NCBI GenBank assembly: GCA_965203805.1
Contig: OZ241917.1
Location: 5,280,001-5,344,000, forward strand
Direction of reading: 5' to 3'
Length of the DNA: 64,000 nt
DNA from: Candidatus Latescibacterota bacterium
GTDB lineage: Bacteria > Latescibacterota > UBA2968 > GCA-2709665
Part shown: positions 8,156-17,560 of the stretch, piece after piece
Layout: each line of letters starts with the position of its first letter
Position numbering within the stretch: position 1 is the stretch's first letter
Program-made: the position numbers and the translations under genes
Notes under the pieces: generated by a model
The model's database searches: none
What the model was told of the DNA's origin: nothing
What the model saw: the letters and a program-made list of their open reading frames with translations, nothing else

Positions 8156-9712
8156 GTGCTTCAGGTACATGGCTTACGCATTGCCTATGGGGCTGTTACC
8201 GTGCTGGACGGCATTTCGTTCAGCCTGCACGGCGGAGAGGCGGTAGCAGTGGTGGGCGCGAACGGCTGCGGCAAGACCACGCTGCTGAAGTGCCTTACGG
8301 GCGAGATCACGGATTACGATGGCGACGTCGCCCTGGGACGGTCGGTGACCTGGGCCTGCGTACCCCAGGAAAGCCCCGCGGAATTCGAGGGATCGGCGGC
8401 GGCGCGCGCGCTGTCATTCGACGCGGAACTTTCGCGGCTGCACGCCGGTATTCAGGCCGGGCGGCACGAATTCTATCAGGACTATTACGAGTCGGGGGGG
8501 TTCGAACGCGAGGACCGGGTCCGAGCCTTTGCCGCAAATTTCTGCGTGGACCTGGAATCGCGGTATGGGAGCATGTCCCGCGGGCAGCAGCGAAAGGTGG
8601 ACCTGGCGGGAGCGCTTGCGCTGGACGCGGACATGCTGTTGTTCGACGAGCCGCTTAACTACCTGGATATCAGGGGCATTACGGCATTCGAGGAGGCCAT
8701 CCGCCTTGTCAAACGACGGGGATGCGCGGTGCTGATCGTAAGCCACGATCGGGAGCTGATCGACAATGTGGCGGACCGGACGGTCTACCTTGAACGGGGG
8801 AGCATGTTCTCGGTCCAGGGCGGCTATTCGTCGGCGCTGGAGTACAAGGAGCGGGACTTTCAGGGCAGAATGGACCGGGCGCGGGCGCTCAGAAAGAAGA
8901 TTTTCCGTCTTCAGGAGGCCATGCGGAGGCGGATGTCGTGGGGGGTGAGCCGGGAGAACGAGACGAGGGACTCCTCGAGCCGTCGTCTGGCCGCAAAGGT
9001 GATGAAGGGCGCGAAGGTGATGGAACGGCGCCTCGAACGGCACACGGTTGACCTGGAAGCGGAGAAACCCTGGATCGAAAAGCAAATCAGGATGAATTTC
9101 CCAACCTACGTGGTAGACCGCAGGCTGGTGGGGCGGATGGAGTCGGCGGGCAAACAGTGGGATGGCAACACGGTACTGGAATCGCTGGACCTGGTTGTGG
9201 AGACAAGGGACCGGATCGCAGTCATGGGGCCGAACGGGGCGGGAAAGACAACGCTCCTGAACGTAATGGCGGGGAAACTGCCGCCGGATTCGGGCTCGGT
9301 ATACTTCAATAAAAACGTGAGGACGGGATATGTAACGCAGGGCCTGGACGGATTTTACGACCGGGAGATCTTCCTCGACAATTTCCGGGACGTCGATTGC
9401 GACGAAAGCGAGGTGCGCCAGTTCCTGGGGGCCGCAAAGCTGCGGGCCGAAAAGGTCGTTCGCCCAACCCATACTCTGAGTTACGGTGAGCGAATGCGCG
9501 GCGCCATTGTGAAGATGATCCTGAAGCGGATGGAGTTTCTGGTGCTCGACGAGCCCACGACGCACCTGGACGTCGAGTCCGTGGAGGTGCTGGAAAAGCT
9601 GCTGGAGCGCTTTCCCGGCGGTTTCGTCGTCGTCAGCCACGACCGTCGGTTGGTCACCCGCGTGGCGAATGAAATCTATATGCTGGAAAACGGAAAGCTG
9701 GAAATGCTGTAG
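8156..9712 (+). CDS. ABC-F ATPase, Lsa/CplR/VmlR-like putative ribosome-protection protein
   Basis: Two ABC domains (GANGCGKTT, GPNGAGKTT; LFDEPLNYLD, VLDEPTTHLD), no TM domains, and a long linker ...RMSWG...AAKVMKGAKVMERRL. Likely GTG start 8156 after GGGGTGAGG. Confidence 0.85.
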   Translation: MLQVHGLRIAYGAVTVLDGISFSLHGGEAVAVVGANGCGKTTLLKCLTGEITDYDGDVALGRSVTWACVPQESPAEFEGSAAARALSFDAELSRLHAGIQAGRHEFYQDYYESGGFEREDRVRAFAANFCVDLESRYGSMSRGQQRKVDLAGALALDADMLLFDEPLNYLDIRGITAFEEAIRLVKRRGCAVLIVSHDRELIDNVADRTVYLERGSMFSVQGGYSSALEYKERDFQGRMDRARALRKKIFRLQEAMRRRMSWGVSRENETRDSSSRRLAAKVMKGAKVMERRLERHTVDLEAEKPWIEKQIRMNFPTYVVDRRLVGRMESAGKQWDGNTVLESLDLVVETRDRIAVMGPNGAGKTTLLNVMAGKLPPDSGSVYFNKNVRTGYVTQGLDGFYDREIFLDNFRDVDCDESEVRQFLGAAKLRAEKVVRPTHTLSYGERMRGAIVKMILKRMEFLVLDEPTTHLDVESVEVLEKLLERFPGGFVVVSHDRRLVTRVANEIYMLENGKLEML

Positions 9713-9730
9713 TGACGGAGGCCGTGGATT

Positions 9731-10876
9731 TCAGGGAGAACCGGTTTCCCAGAAGTAGATCGGTTTGCCCGTGGCGTCGATATAGCCGGATCGTCTTTCT
9801 CCGACCACGGGAGCCACGCCGTCGTTGAAGGGCCAGACCCTGGTGAATTGGGGTTCGACGATGTAATCGCCCTGTTGATTGATATACCCCCATCTGCCGT
9901 CGACCATGACGGCGGCGATTCCTTCGGAGAAGTGCTCGACGTGGTCGAAGCGAGGCTGGACGACAAAAACGCCGGTCTTGTCGATGAAACCGAATTGATC
10001 CCCGATTCGGGCGCCGGCCAGGCCTTCGCGAAAGGCGTGCGCCTCATCGAATTTGAGCGGTATGACGACTTTTCCGGTTTTGTCGATGTATCCCTGCTTG
10101 TCGCCAATGCCCACGCGTCCAAGTCCCTCCGCGAATCCCATGGCCCTTTCGAATCGCGGTGGAATGACCATCTCGCCGGTCTTATCGATATAGCCGAATT
10201 TATCGTCTTTTTTTGCGGCGTACGGCGCTTTGAAGTCAAAGGGTGGGTTTGCCATGGACGGGGCTCCTTTCCGTACCGTTCTCGATAACGGCGATGAGTG
10301 CGTTGCGGACGTCAGGGCTTCTTCGTCAGGCGTAAACCGCATATCTGTGAATGTTTCTTCGAGTTGTTTGCGCACTTTCCGTTTGGCCCTCAGGATGCGC
10401 ATCGTGACGGCTTTGTAAGTAAGGCTGTGGATTGATTGCAGGTCGGCATATCGGACGTCGTCCAGGTAACGGGCTTTGAGCAGACTCGCGTCCAGTCCCG
10501 GCAGCTTGTCGATTGCCCGCATGGTTCTTTCAAACGTCTCATCATGAATCAGACGCGCCTCAGCGGACCGATCGCGGTCGGGTTCCGCGTTTGTAAGAGG
10601 TTGGATGTCGGGTCGTTTGCGCCGCAGCCGGTTCAGGCATTCGCGACGGGCAATTTGACGCAGCCACGCCTCGAAACTCTCCGGGTGTCTTAGAAGAGCG
10701 AGGTTCCGATACGCCTTGAGGAAGACGTCCTGAGCGATGTCCTGGGCATCGTCAGGATGGCGGGTCCAGAGCAGGACCTGGGCGTATATGGAACCGTAGT
10801 GCTTCCGGATGAGTGGTTCGAGCGACCGGGTATCGCCCGCAAGGATCTCGCGGATCAGTTGTGCGTCCTGGTTCAA
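9731..10876 (-). CDS. ECF sigma-70 factor fused to a C-terminal WG (KWG) repeat domain
   Basis: Sigma region 2 (DAQDIAQDVFLKAYRNL...FEAWLRQIARREC), region 4 (RILRAKRKVRKQLE), then five GYIDKTG..VI.P.F...F.EG repeats in the same frame. Confidence 0.85.
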   Translation of the reverse strand: MNQDAQLIREILAGDTRSLEPLIRKHYGSIYAQVLLWTRHPDDAQDIAQDVFLKAYRNLALLRHPESFEAWLRQIARRECLNRLRRKRPDIQPLTNAEPDRDRSAEARLIHDETFERTMRAIDKLPGLDASLLKARYLDDVRYADLQSIHSLTYKAVTMRILRAKRKVRKQLEETFTDMRFTPDEEALTSATHSSPLSRTVRKGAPSMANPPFDFKAPYAAKKDDKFGYIDKTGEMVIPPRFERAMGFAEGLGRVGIGDKQGYIDKTGKVVIPLKFDEAHAFREGLAGARIGDQFGFIDKTGVFVVQPRFDHVEHFSEGIAAVMVDGRWGYINQQGDYIVEPQFTRVWPFNDGVAPVVGERRSGYIDATGKPIYFWETGSP

Positions 10877-11041
10877 GGTGAATCCTTTTTAGATAAAGAC
10901 ACGCGAGCGATCTTTTTTCTTCTCTTTTTTCTTATGTAATATAATGAATCGACCGCGAAGAGATCAGGCAGTGCGCATTGAATCTGTCCACGCCACCGGA
11001 AACGACGTGAAGCGCATGCCCTCAATCCGTCCGGAGTCGAC

Positions 11042-12058
11042 TTGAAAGTCATCTATTCGCCGACCCACCGGCGCCACGCGCCGCGCTATCAGTTTATCGG
11101 AGGCGGGCTGAAGCCGTATCCCGAGGTCCCCGCGCGGGCGGAGGCGATTCTGCGCGCGATCGAAGTGGCCCATGACGTGCTGCCGCCGCGGGCGTTTTCG
11201 ATGGATGCCATTGGCGCGGTTCACGACCCGGGATATCTGCGCTTCCTGGAGCACGTCCACGCGGCGTGGGTGGATCGAGGTGGAGGGGGCGACACCGGGC
11301 TGATTCCCGACACGTTCGCCGCGCGCGCGTCGGCCCGCCTTCCGCGCGACGTCATACATCAGGCGGGTTACTATAGCTTCGAGACGCAGACGCCCATTGT
11401 GGCGCACACCTTCGAGGCGGCGCGCGACGCCGCGTTCTGCGCGCTGACCGGCGCCGCGATGCTGCTCGAGGGCGAGGCATCGGTCTACGCGCTCTGCCGT
11501 CCTCCGGGCCACCACGCGGCGGGCGAACTTTACGGCGGCTATTGCTATCTGAACCACGCGGCGATTGCGGCGAGACATCTCAGCGCCTCCGGACGGGCAG
11601 CCGTTCTGGATCTGGACTATCACCACGGGAACGGAACGCAGTCGATATTCTACGCGTCGGACGCGGTCCCGTTCGTTTCGATCCACGCGGCCCCGGACCA
11701 CGAGTATCCCTGGTTCAGCGGGTATGCGGACGAGGCGGGGGCGGGCGCCGGGAGAGGGTCGAATGTCAATTTCCCGCTTCCAATCGGCGCCGGCGATATG
11801 CGATACCTTGAGACCCTGGACCGGGCCCTGAACGAAGTGGAGGGATTCGCCCCCGCCTTTCTGGTGGTTTCGCTGGGCGTGGACGTCTGCCGGGACGACC
11901 CTATCGGCAAGTTCGACCTTCCGGTCCCTTCGTTTGAGGCGATCGGGCGTCGCCTTGCCCGGATGGACCTTCCGACGCTGTTGGTTCAGGAGGGCGGATA
12001 CGACCTGGAAACCATTGGCCCCTGTGTGCAGAATGTGCTTGATGGATTTGGGCGATAG
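11042..12058 (+). CDS. Histone deacetylase family / acetylpolyamine amidohydrolase
   Basis: CRPPGHHA, GGYCYLN, LDLDYHHGNGTQ and QEGGY motifs. Confidence 0.92.
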   Translation: MKVIYSPTHRRHAPRYQFIGGGLKPYPEVPARAEAILRAIEVAHDVLPPRAFSMDAIGAVHDPGYLRFLEHVHAAWVDRGGGGDTGLIPDTFAARASARLPRDVIHQAGYYSFETQTPIVAHTFEAARDAAFCALTGAAMLLEGEASVYALCRPPGHHAAGELYGGYCYLNHAAIAARHLSASGRAAVLDLDYHHGNGTQSIFYASDAVPFVSIHAAPDHEYPWFSGYADEAGAGAGRGSNVNFPLPIGAGDMRYLETLDRALNEVEGFAPAFLVVSLGVDVCRDDPIGKFDLPVPSFEAIGRRLARMDLPTLLVQEGGYDLETIGPCVQNVLDGFGR

Positions 12059-12145
12059 GCGTTAATTGTCGGTTCGGACACCCCGCACGAAAACAGGCGG
12101 TTTCGGCGCCAAAGCCCTGCTGGCGCCGGCGTTGGCCGGCGAAAG

Positions 12146-12901
12146 GTGGAAGCCATGATTCTCGCTGAAATGACATCACCGGAAGTCGACGCCCTCCCCC
12201 GCGACATCGTTGTGCTGATTCCGGTGGCCTCCTGCGAACAGCACAGCCTGCACCTGCCCGTGTTTACCGACAGCCTCATCGGCGGCGAGGTGGCCAGGCG
12301 CGTGCACGAACGATGTCCGGACGACATGCTGGCGCTGCCGGTGCAGTGGCTGGGGTACTCGCAGCATCACATCCGTTATCCGGGGACGGTGAGCGCCGTC
12401 TCCGAAACGCACCTGCTGCTGATGATGGACATCGTGGCGTCCATGGTCGGGCACGGGTTCCGGAAGATTCTGATTCAGAACAGCCACGGCGGCAACGGCG
12501 CGAATGTCTCTGTACTTTTGCAGCGGTTGATGGAAAGGTACCCCGACGGCGACGTGGAGTTTTATTCACGCTGGGCCTGGGCCTCCGGCGATACGCTTGA
12601 CGGAATTCGGCAGCTCGGCTCGGGCGGGTCCGGCCACGCGGGCGAGACGGAGACGTCCATGATCCTGGCGATCCGACCCGATCTCGTTCGCACGGACCGG
12701 CTGGACGCGGACGGCGAGCGGGACGGCATGCGGGTGCCGGGCGCGGCCTCGTACTACCGGTTCGATCAACGCACGAGACACGGGGGGGTTGGCGATCCGC
12801 GTCCCGCAAGCGCGGAGCACGGGGAGCAGATGCTGGATGCTTCCGCCGACGAAGTGGCGGAGCACGTGCGGCGGATTCGGGCCCTGAAGCCGTTCGGTTA
12901 G
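12146..12901 (+). CDS. Creatininase / creatinine amidohydrolase family protein
   Basis: EQHSLHLPVFTD, NSHGGN and GHAGETETS motifs. Confidence 0.9.
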   Translation: MEAMILAEMTSPEVDALPRDIVVLIPVASCEQHSLHLPVFTDSLIGGEVARRVHERCPDDMLALPVQWLGYSQHHIRYPGTVSAVSETHLLLMMDIVASMVGHGFRKILIQNSHGGNGANVSVLLQRLMERYPDGDVEFYSRWAWASGDTLDGIRQLGSGGSGHAGETETSMILAIRPDLVRTDRLDADGERDGMRVPGAASYYRFDQRTRHGGVGDPRPASAEHGEQMLDASADEVAEHVRRIRALKPFG

Positions 12902-12974
12902 CAGACCAGTGAATGAGTCGCTCTGCAGGTCACTGTCCGGGCAATTGCCTTTGCGTGTCAAAACCGACTGCATA

Positions 12975-13098
12975 GCCACAAAATGCACAAAAGGCACAGA
13001 AGAAAAGAAGATCACGGGCGTATTATGGAAGTCAGGCAACATGGAAATCCATTCGACAGTTCACGGAATTCGATTTCTCATTTTGTGCCTCTTGTGGC
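12975..13098. repeat. REP-like inverted pair (GCCACAAAA...CACAAAAGGCACA / TTTTGTGCCTCTTGTGGC)
   Basis: Arms at 12975-12998 and 13081-13098 are reverse complements. A related half-site lies at about 53836-53864. Confidence 0.6.
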
Positions 13099-13154
13099 AA
13101 TTGTGCACGATCAAGTGAAATCGGCAGGCTGAAACGATATCCGGAGGAGATTGC

Positions 13155-13946
13155 ATGCGCACAAATCGACTGAGTGAATTGTTGAAAGCGGACAAGCCGA
13201 GCGTCGGAACCCACGTGCACAGCCCGTGGCCGACGGTTATGGAACTGGTTGGGTTATCCGGCAAGTTCGACTACGTGGAATACGTCTCGGAATATGCGCC
13301 GTACGACCTGCATACGTTCGAGAACCTCGCCCGTGCGATCGAGCTTTACGATATGTCGTCCATGATCAAGGTGGAGCAGGAACCGAGATCGCACCTGGCT
13401 TCCCGGGCGATCGGCGCGGGCATACAGAACGTGCTGTTCGCCGACGTGCGGAACGTCTCCGATGCCCGCGAGTGCGTAAATGCGGTACGCGCCGAAACGC
13501 CGAAGACAGGCGGGCAGCACGGGGCGAGCATGCGCCGGACGATGGGGTTCGGGATGGCCGGGGGCCTGCCGGAGTTCGTGGATGCCATGGAGGACGTTGT
13601 CATTGCCATAATGATCGAGAAGGCGCCCGCCGTGGAGAATCTGGAGGCGCTGCTGTCCGTGGACGGCATCGATATGGTGCAATTCGGCCCCGGTGACTAT
13701 TCCATGAGTATCGGCCACCCGGGCGAGTACGGAAGCGAGCGAGTCAGGGAGGCGGAGAAGTTCGTCATCGAAACGTCGTTGAAGATGGGCGTCGCGCCGC
13801 GCGCGGAAATCAGCAGTCCGGAACAGGCGGAGCGTTATCTGGACATGGGGGTGAAACACTTCTGCATCGGTACGGACGTCAGCATCCTGATGGATTGGTT
13901 CCGCACTCAGGGAGAGGAAATGCGGCGGGTACTCGAAGGCGCATAA
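13155..13946 (+). CDS. HpcH/HpaI class II aldolase family protein
   Basis: IMIEKAPAVENLEALLSVDGIDMVQFGPGDYSMSIG motif. Confidence 0.88.
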   Translation: MRTNRLSELLKADKPSVGTHVHSPWPTVMELVGLSGKFDYVEYVSEYAPYDLHTFENLARAIELYDMSSMIKVEQEPRSHLASRAIGAGIQNVLFADVRNVSDARECVNAVRAETPKTGGQHGASMRRTMGFGMAGGLPEFVDAMEDVVIAIMIEKAPAVENLEALLSVDGIDMVQFGPGDYSMSIGHPGEYGSERVREAEKFVIETSLKMGVAPRAEISSPEQAERYLDMGVKHFCIGTDVSILMDWFRTQGEEMRRVLEGA

Positions 13947-14036
13947 CGTTCCGTGGCCGGCCGAAAAAAGACGGACGGCGCGGGTTCTGGCGGCCCGTGA
14001 GGAAGTTGCGGCGGGCCGAAGGGAGGCGATTTTCTG

Positions 14037-15092
14037 ATGGCAATGGAAGCAAACGATAATGGCCGGTGGGATCCTCACGGACTCTGGAACACGGAAAATC
14101 CCCGCATGCACGTGGGTACACAGCGGTTCGATACAACGGACGAACACCTGTCCTTCCTCGCGCGCCACGGCGTAAACAGCATGGCCGCGAACGATATCAC
14201 GTTCCACCGCGATCGGGGATGGGACGCCGGGGAACTTGCGGCGAAACGTGAAAAGTGCGCGCGTTACGGCGTGAACCTGGAGATGGTGGCGCTGCCCCTC
14301 CATCAGTTCAACGAAGACGGTGGTTCGGTACCCAACTACATGCTGGGCAACTGGAAAAAGGGAGAGAAGGAGATCGAACGGGTCTGCAGGATGGTGCGCG
14401 CCACGTCCGAAGCCGGCATTCCCGCCATCAAGTATTTTCTGTGCGAGATGGAAAACCAGCGGACGGAAAGCGTGCCGCTCGGGCGCGGCGGCGTACGGTA
14501 CTCCACGTGGGACCTCTCGAAGGCCGCCGCGGATACGCCGCGTTACGACAAACCCGTGACCGCCGAGGAAAACTGGAAGCGTGTCACTTTCTTCCTGGAG
14601 CGGGTGATCCCCGTCGCCGAAGAATGCAAAGTCCGCATGGCCTGCCATCCCTGCGACCCGTGGTTGCCGCCGGGGTACAAGGGCGTGGACCGCGTCCTGG
14701 GCGGCGCGGAGGGGTTCAAGCGGTTTATCGAGATTTGCCCCAGTCCCTATCACGGCCTGAATCTCTGTCTGGGCTGCATGGCCGAGAGCGTGGAGGACCC
14801 CGCCACGGAGGTGCCGGACATCATCCGGTATTTCGGAAAACGGAAGAAAATCCACCTGATCCACTATCGAAATATCTTCGGCGGGCGCAACAGGTTCCAG
14901 GAAGTCTGGCCCGATGAAGGCGACATGAATATGTACACGCTGATGCAGGCGTTGAAAGACGTGGGCTATCCGCACATGGTCGTGCCGGACCACGCTCCGG
15001 GCCACAGCGCGCCCGGGAGTTTCGAACAGGCCTTCGCCTTCCAGTTCGGCTACATCAAGGCGATGATGCAGGCGGTGCTCTCGGCTGATTGA
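14037..15092 (+). CDS. uxuA: Mannonate dehydratase (UxuA) family
   Basis: FLERVIPVAEECKVRMACHPCDP, HGLNLCLG, IHYRN, DEGDMNM, PDHAP and AFQFGYIKA motifs. Confidence 0.8.
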   Translation: MAMEANDNGRWDPHGLWNTENPRMHVGTQRFDTTDEHLSFLARHGVNSMAANDITFHRDRGWDAGELAAKREKCARYGVNLEMVALPLHQFNEDGGSVPNYMLGNWKKGEKEIERVCRMVRATSEAGIPAIKYFLCEMENQRTESVPLGRGGVRYSTWDLSKAAADTPRYDKPVTAEENWKRVTFFLERVIPVAEECKVRMACHPCDPWLPPGYKGVDRVLGGAEGFKRFIEICPSPYHGLNLCLGCMAESVEDPATEVPDIIRYFGKRKKIHLIHYRNIFGGRNRFQEVWPDEGDMNMYTLMQALKDVGYPHMVVPDHAPGHSAPGSFEQAFAFQFGYIKAMMQAVLSAD

Positions 15093-15105
15093 AATCGGAA
15101 GGATA
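15066..15105 (+). repeat. Direct repeat B1: uxuA 3' end (pairs with 16000-16039)
   Basis: atgcaggcggtgctctcggctgattgaaatcggaaggata vs atgcaggcaacgctctcggccgattgaaatcggaaggata, 36/40 identical. Confidence 0.9.
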
Positions 15106-15191
15106 ACAGCTTCTTGGACTCGTCCCGTCGATCCGGCGTCCGTAAGTCGATATTCTTTGGAGAGAACCCACGTATCCCTGGAGTCGTGACG

Positions 15192-15530
15192 ATGTTCGAT
15201 ACGAGCATATTCGACAGGGCGCTTAAGAAACGAAGAGAGAAGCAAAACCGCGAGAGACAGGAGTGTCTGCGTTCGGTTACGGATACTCTGAAGCGGATCC
15301 GTGGCGAATACGACATTTGTGAAGCATACGTTACGGGTTCGCTGTTGGTGGCGTATAGATGGAACAAAGCGTCCGACGTCGACGTGGCAGTCGGTGGGTG
15401 CTCCCGATCGGTCCTGGACGTGATGAAAGCGCTGGAAGACGCTACCGGCAGGACCGTGGACGTCATCGATCTGGAAATGCATCCATTTCCAGATTCGGTC
15501 AGGGACGGGGGTTTGAAAGTATATGGATGA
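15192..15530 (+). CDS. Minimal nucleotidyltransferase (MNT) antitoxin
   Basis: GS-x10-DVD motif (YVTGSLL...SDVDVAV) and VDVIDLE; overlaps the HEPN gene start. Confidence 0.85.
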   Translation: MFDTSIFDRALKKRREKQNRERQECLRSVTDTLKRIRGEYDICEAYVTGSLLVAYRWNKASDVDVAVGGCSRSVLDVMKALEDATGRTVDVIDLEMHPFPDSVRDGGLKVYG

Positions 15531-15984
15531 AACCGGGGTGGCCATCCTGAAAGCCGAAATCGATTCGCGTGAACGTGACATCAACGGTGTCTACCAGCGG
15601 ATCGAGAAGCGGCGGGAGACATTCCGCGAGACGGCGGAAGGCATGGACAGTATGGCCTATCAGATCCATAACCTCTATTCCGCTTTCGAGCAACTCTTTG
15701 AAACAGTCGTTCGATTCTTTGAGAACCGCCTTGAAGAGGAGCGGTATCACGTAGACCTCTTGCGCCGGATGCGGCTGGAAATCGATGGCATCAGGCCTGC
15801 CCTGGTTTCCGGAGAAGCTTTTAATCTGCTGGATCAATTGCGCAGGTTCCGGCACTTCTTCCGTCACGCATATACGGCCGAATTGAATCCACGGTTGCTG
15901 GAGGATCATCTCATCAACGCCGAACGCCTGCGACAGATCCATCGGCGGGATTTGGACAATTTCATAAGGCAGTTGACGGCGTAG
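15523..15984 (+). CDS. HEPN-domain RNase toxin (HepT-like)
   Basis: IHNLYSAFEQLF and RxxxxH motif LRRFRHFFRHAY. Confidence 0.85.
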   Translation: MDETGVAILKAEIDSRERDINGVYQRIEKRRETFRETAEGMDSMAYQIHNLYSAFEQLFETVVRFFENRLEEERYHVDLLRRMRLEIDGIRPALVSGEAFNLLDQLRRFRHFFRHAYTAELNPRLLEDHLINAERLRQIHRRDLDNFIRQLTA

Positions 15985-15999
15985 GCGTATTCGCGCTGC

Positions 16000-16039
16000 A
16001 TGCAGGCAACGCTCTCGGCCGATTGAAATCGGAAGGATA
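16000..16039 (+). repeat. Direct repeat B2: diverged copy of uxuA 3' end
   Basis: Matches 15066-15105. Confidence 0.9.
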
Positions 16040-16090
16040 TCGGGACATCGGGATTTCGGGAAGTGCAGGCGTGAAGTATCGGAGGGCGAG

Positions 16091-16882
16091 TTGAATCTGT
16101 TTTCACTCGAAGGACGTGTGGCTCTGGTCACGGGCGCGGGGAGGGGGATCGGGCAGGGCCTCGCGAAGGGCCTCGCGGCCCACGGCGCCAGGTGCGTATG
16201 TGCGGCCAGGACCCGTTCTCAACTGGACGAAACGGTGGCGGCCATACGGGCGGCGGGCGGCGACGCGCTGGCCGTCGAATTGGATATGGCGGATCTGGAC
16301 GCCGTCAGACAGGGGGTGGAAACGACCCTTGCTCAATACGGGCAACTCGACATTCTGGTGAACAATGCGGGGATGAATATCCGGGAGCCGCTGCAGGAGG
16401 TTGCTGAGGCGCATTACGACCGGATCATGGACGTGAATCTGAAGGGTCTCTTTTTCCTGTCCCGGATGGCCGCCGAAGACATGATCCCGCGCAAGCAGGG
16501 CAAGATCATCAATATCGGTTCCCTGACCACTGGAATCGCCCTGCACGGCGTGTCGGTCTATACGGCCACCAAGGGCGCCGTCGGTCAGTTGACGAAGGCG
16601 CAGGCCCTGGAACTCGGCCCGCACAATATCCAGGTGAACGCGATCTGCCCCGGGTTTATTCTCACGCCGCTGACGGAGAAGCTGTGGTCGGACGAGACGA
16701 TGCGGGCCTGGGGCGAGGGCCGCACACCCGCGGGGCGCCTGGGCAACCCGGAAGACCTGGTGGGAACGACCGTGTTCCTGGCATCCGCGGCTTCCGACTT
16801 CGTAACCGGCCAGCACATCTACGTGGACGGCGGATTCATGGCCGGCGAGAAATGGCCGTTGCCGCCGAAGGCGAGTCAATGA
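16091..16882 (+). CDS. SDR oxidoreductase (gluconate 5-dehydrogenase-like)
   Basis: TGAGRGIG, NNAG and YTATK catalytic motif. Confidence 0.92.
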   Translation: MNLFSLEGRVALVTGAGRGIGQGLAKGLAAHGARCVCAARTRSQLDETVAAIRAAGGDALAVELDMADLDAVRQGVETTLAQYGQLDILVNNAGMNIREPLQEVAEAHYDRIMDVNLKGLFFLSRMAAEDMIPRKQGKIINIGSLTTGIALHGVSVYTATKGAVGQLTKAQALELGPHNIQVNAICPGFILTPLTEKLWSDETMRAWGEGRTPAGRLGNPEDLVGTTVFLASAASDFVTGQHIYVDGGFMAGEKWPLPPKASQ

Positions 16883-17490
16883 GGCGCACGCCGAAGGATG
16901 CCGCCAGGATTGAACGACAGATCGCCTTCATCCGCGAGATTGACAAGCTGAAGCAGGTGCTTCGACAGACGTACCTGATCGACGGGAAGCGCCGGGAGAA
17001 CAGTGCGGAGCATTCGTGGCACCTGGCCGCGATGGCCGTACTGCTGTCGGAATACGCACGGGAAGAACTGGATCTCGCGCGAGTTGTGAAAATGCTGCTG
17101 CTTCACGACATTGTAGAGATCGACGCTGGCGATACTTTTGCCTACGACGAGGCGGCCCATGCGGACAAGGAGGAAAGGGAACGGCTGGCCGCTGAACGGA
17201 TTTTCAACCTGCTTCCATGCGATTTGGCCGATGAGGTGTTCGCGCTGTGGGAGGAATTCGAGGCGGGCGAGACACCCGAGGCGAAATTCGCGGAAGCGAT
17301 GGACCGGCTTCAGCCTATCCTGCTGAACTACGGATCGGGCGGGATCGCGTGGCGGGAGCACAATATCAGTTCGGAACAGGTGATTGCGCGGAATCGACAT
17401 ATCGAAGCGGGGGCGCCCGGCCTGTGGACGTACGTCCGGGGGCTGATCGACCGGGCCGAGGAAGCCGGTTACCTTGCCTCGAAGTCCTGA
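16879..17490 (+). CDS. HD-domain hydrolase (HD_3 / YfbR-like)
   Basis: RENSAEHSWH, LLHDIVEIDAGD and AMDRLQP motifs. ATG 16879 overlaps the SDR stop (ATGA). Confidence 0.9.
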   Translation: MRRTPKDAARIERQIAFIREIDKLKQVLRQTYLIDGKRRENSAEHSWHLAAMAVLLSEYAREELDLARVVKMLLLHDIVEIDAGDTFAYDEAAHADKEERERLAAERIFNLLPCDLADEVFALWEEFEAGETPEAKFAEAMDRLQPILLNYGSGGIAWREHNISSEQVIARNRHIEAGAPGLWTYVRGLIDRAEEAGYLASKS

Positions 17491-17560
17491 TCGCGCAGGA
17501 AAACAACGCCGGTTGATTTCGCGGGAACGGACGCGACAGTTCTGACAGGAGGTTCGGGAG

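Noticed and set aside
13254-15584. 776-aa minus-strand ORF, and similar long antisense ORFs (8414-9640, 20152-21459, 25219-26634, 36329-37927, 59263-60723)
   Set aside because: They lie opposite well-supported genes in high-GC DNA and carry no motifs; shadow frames.
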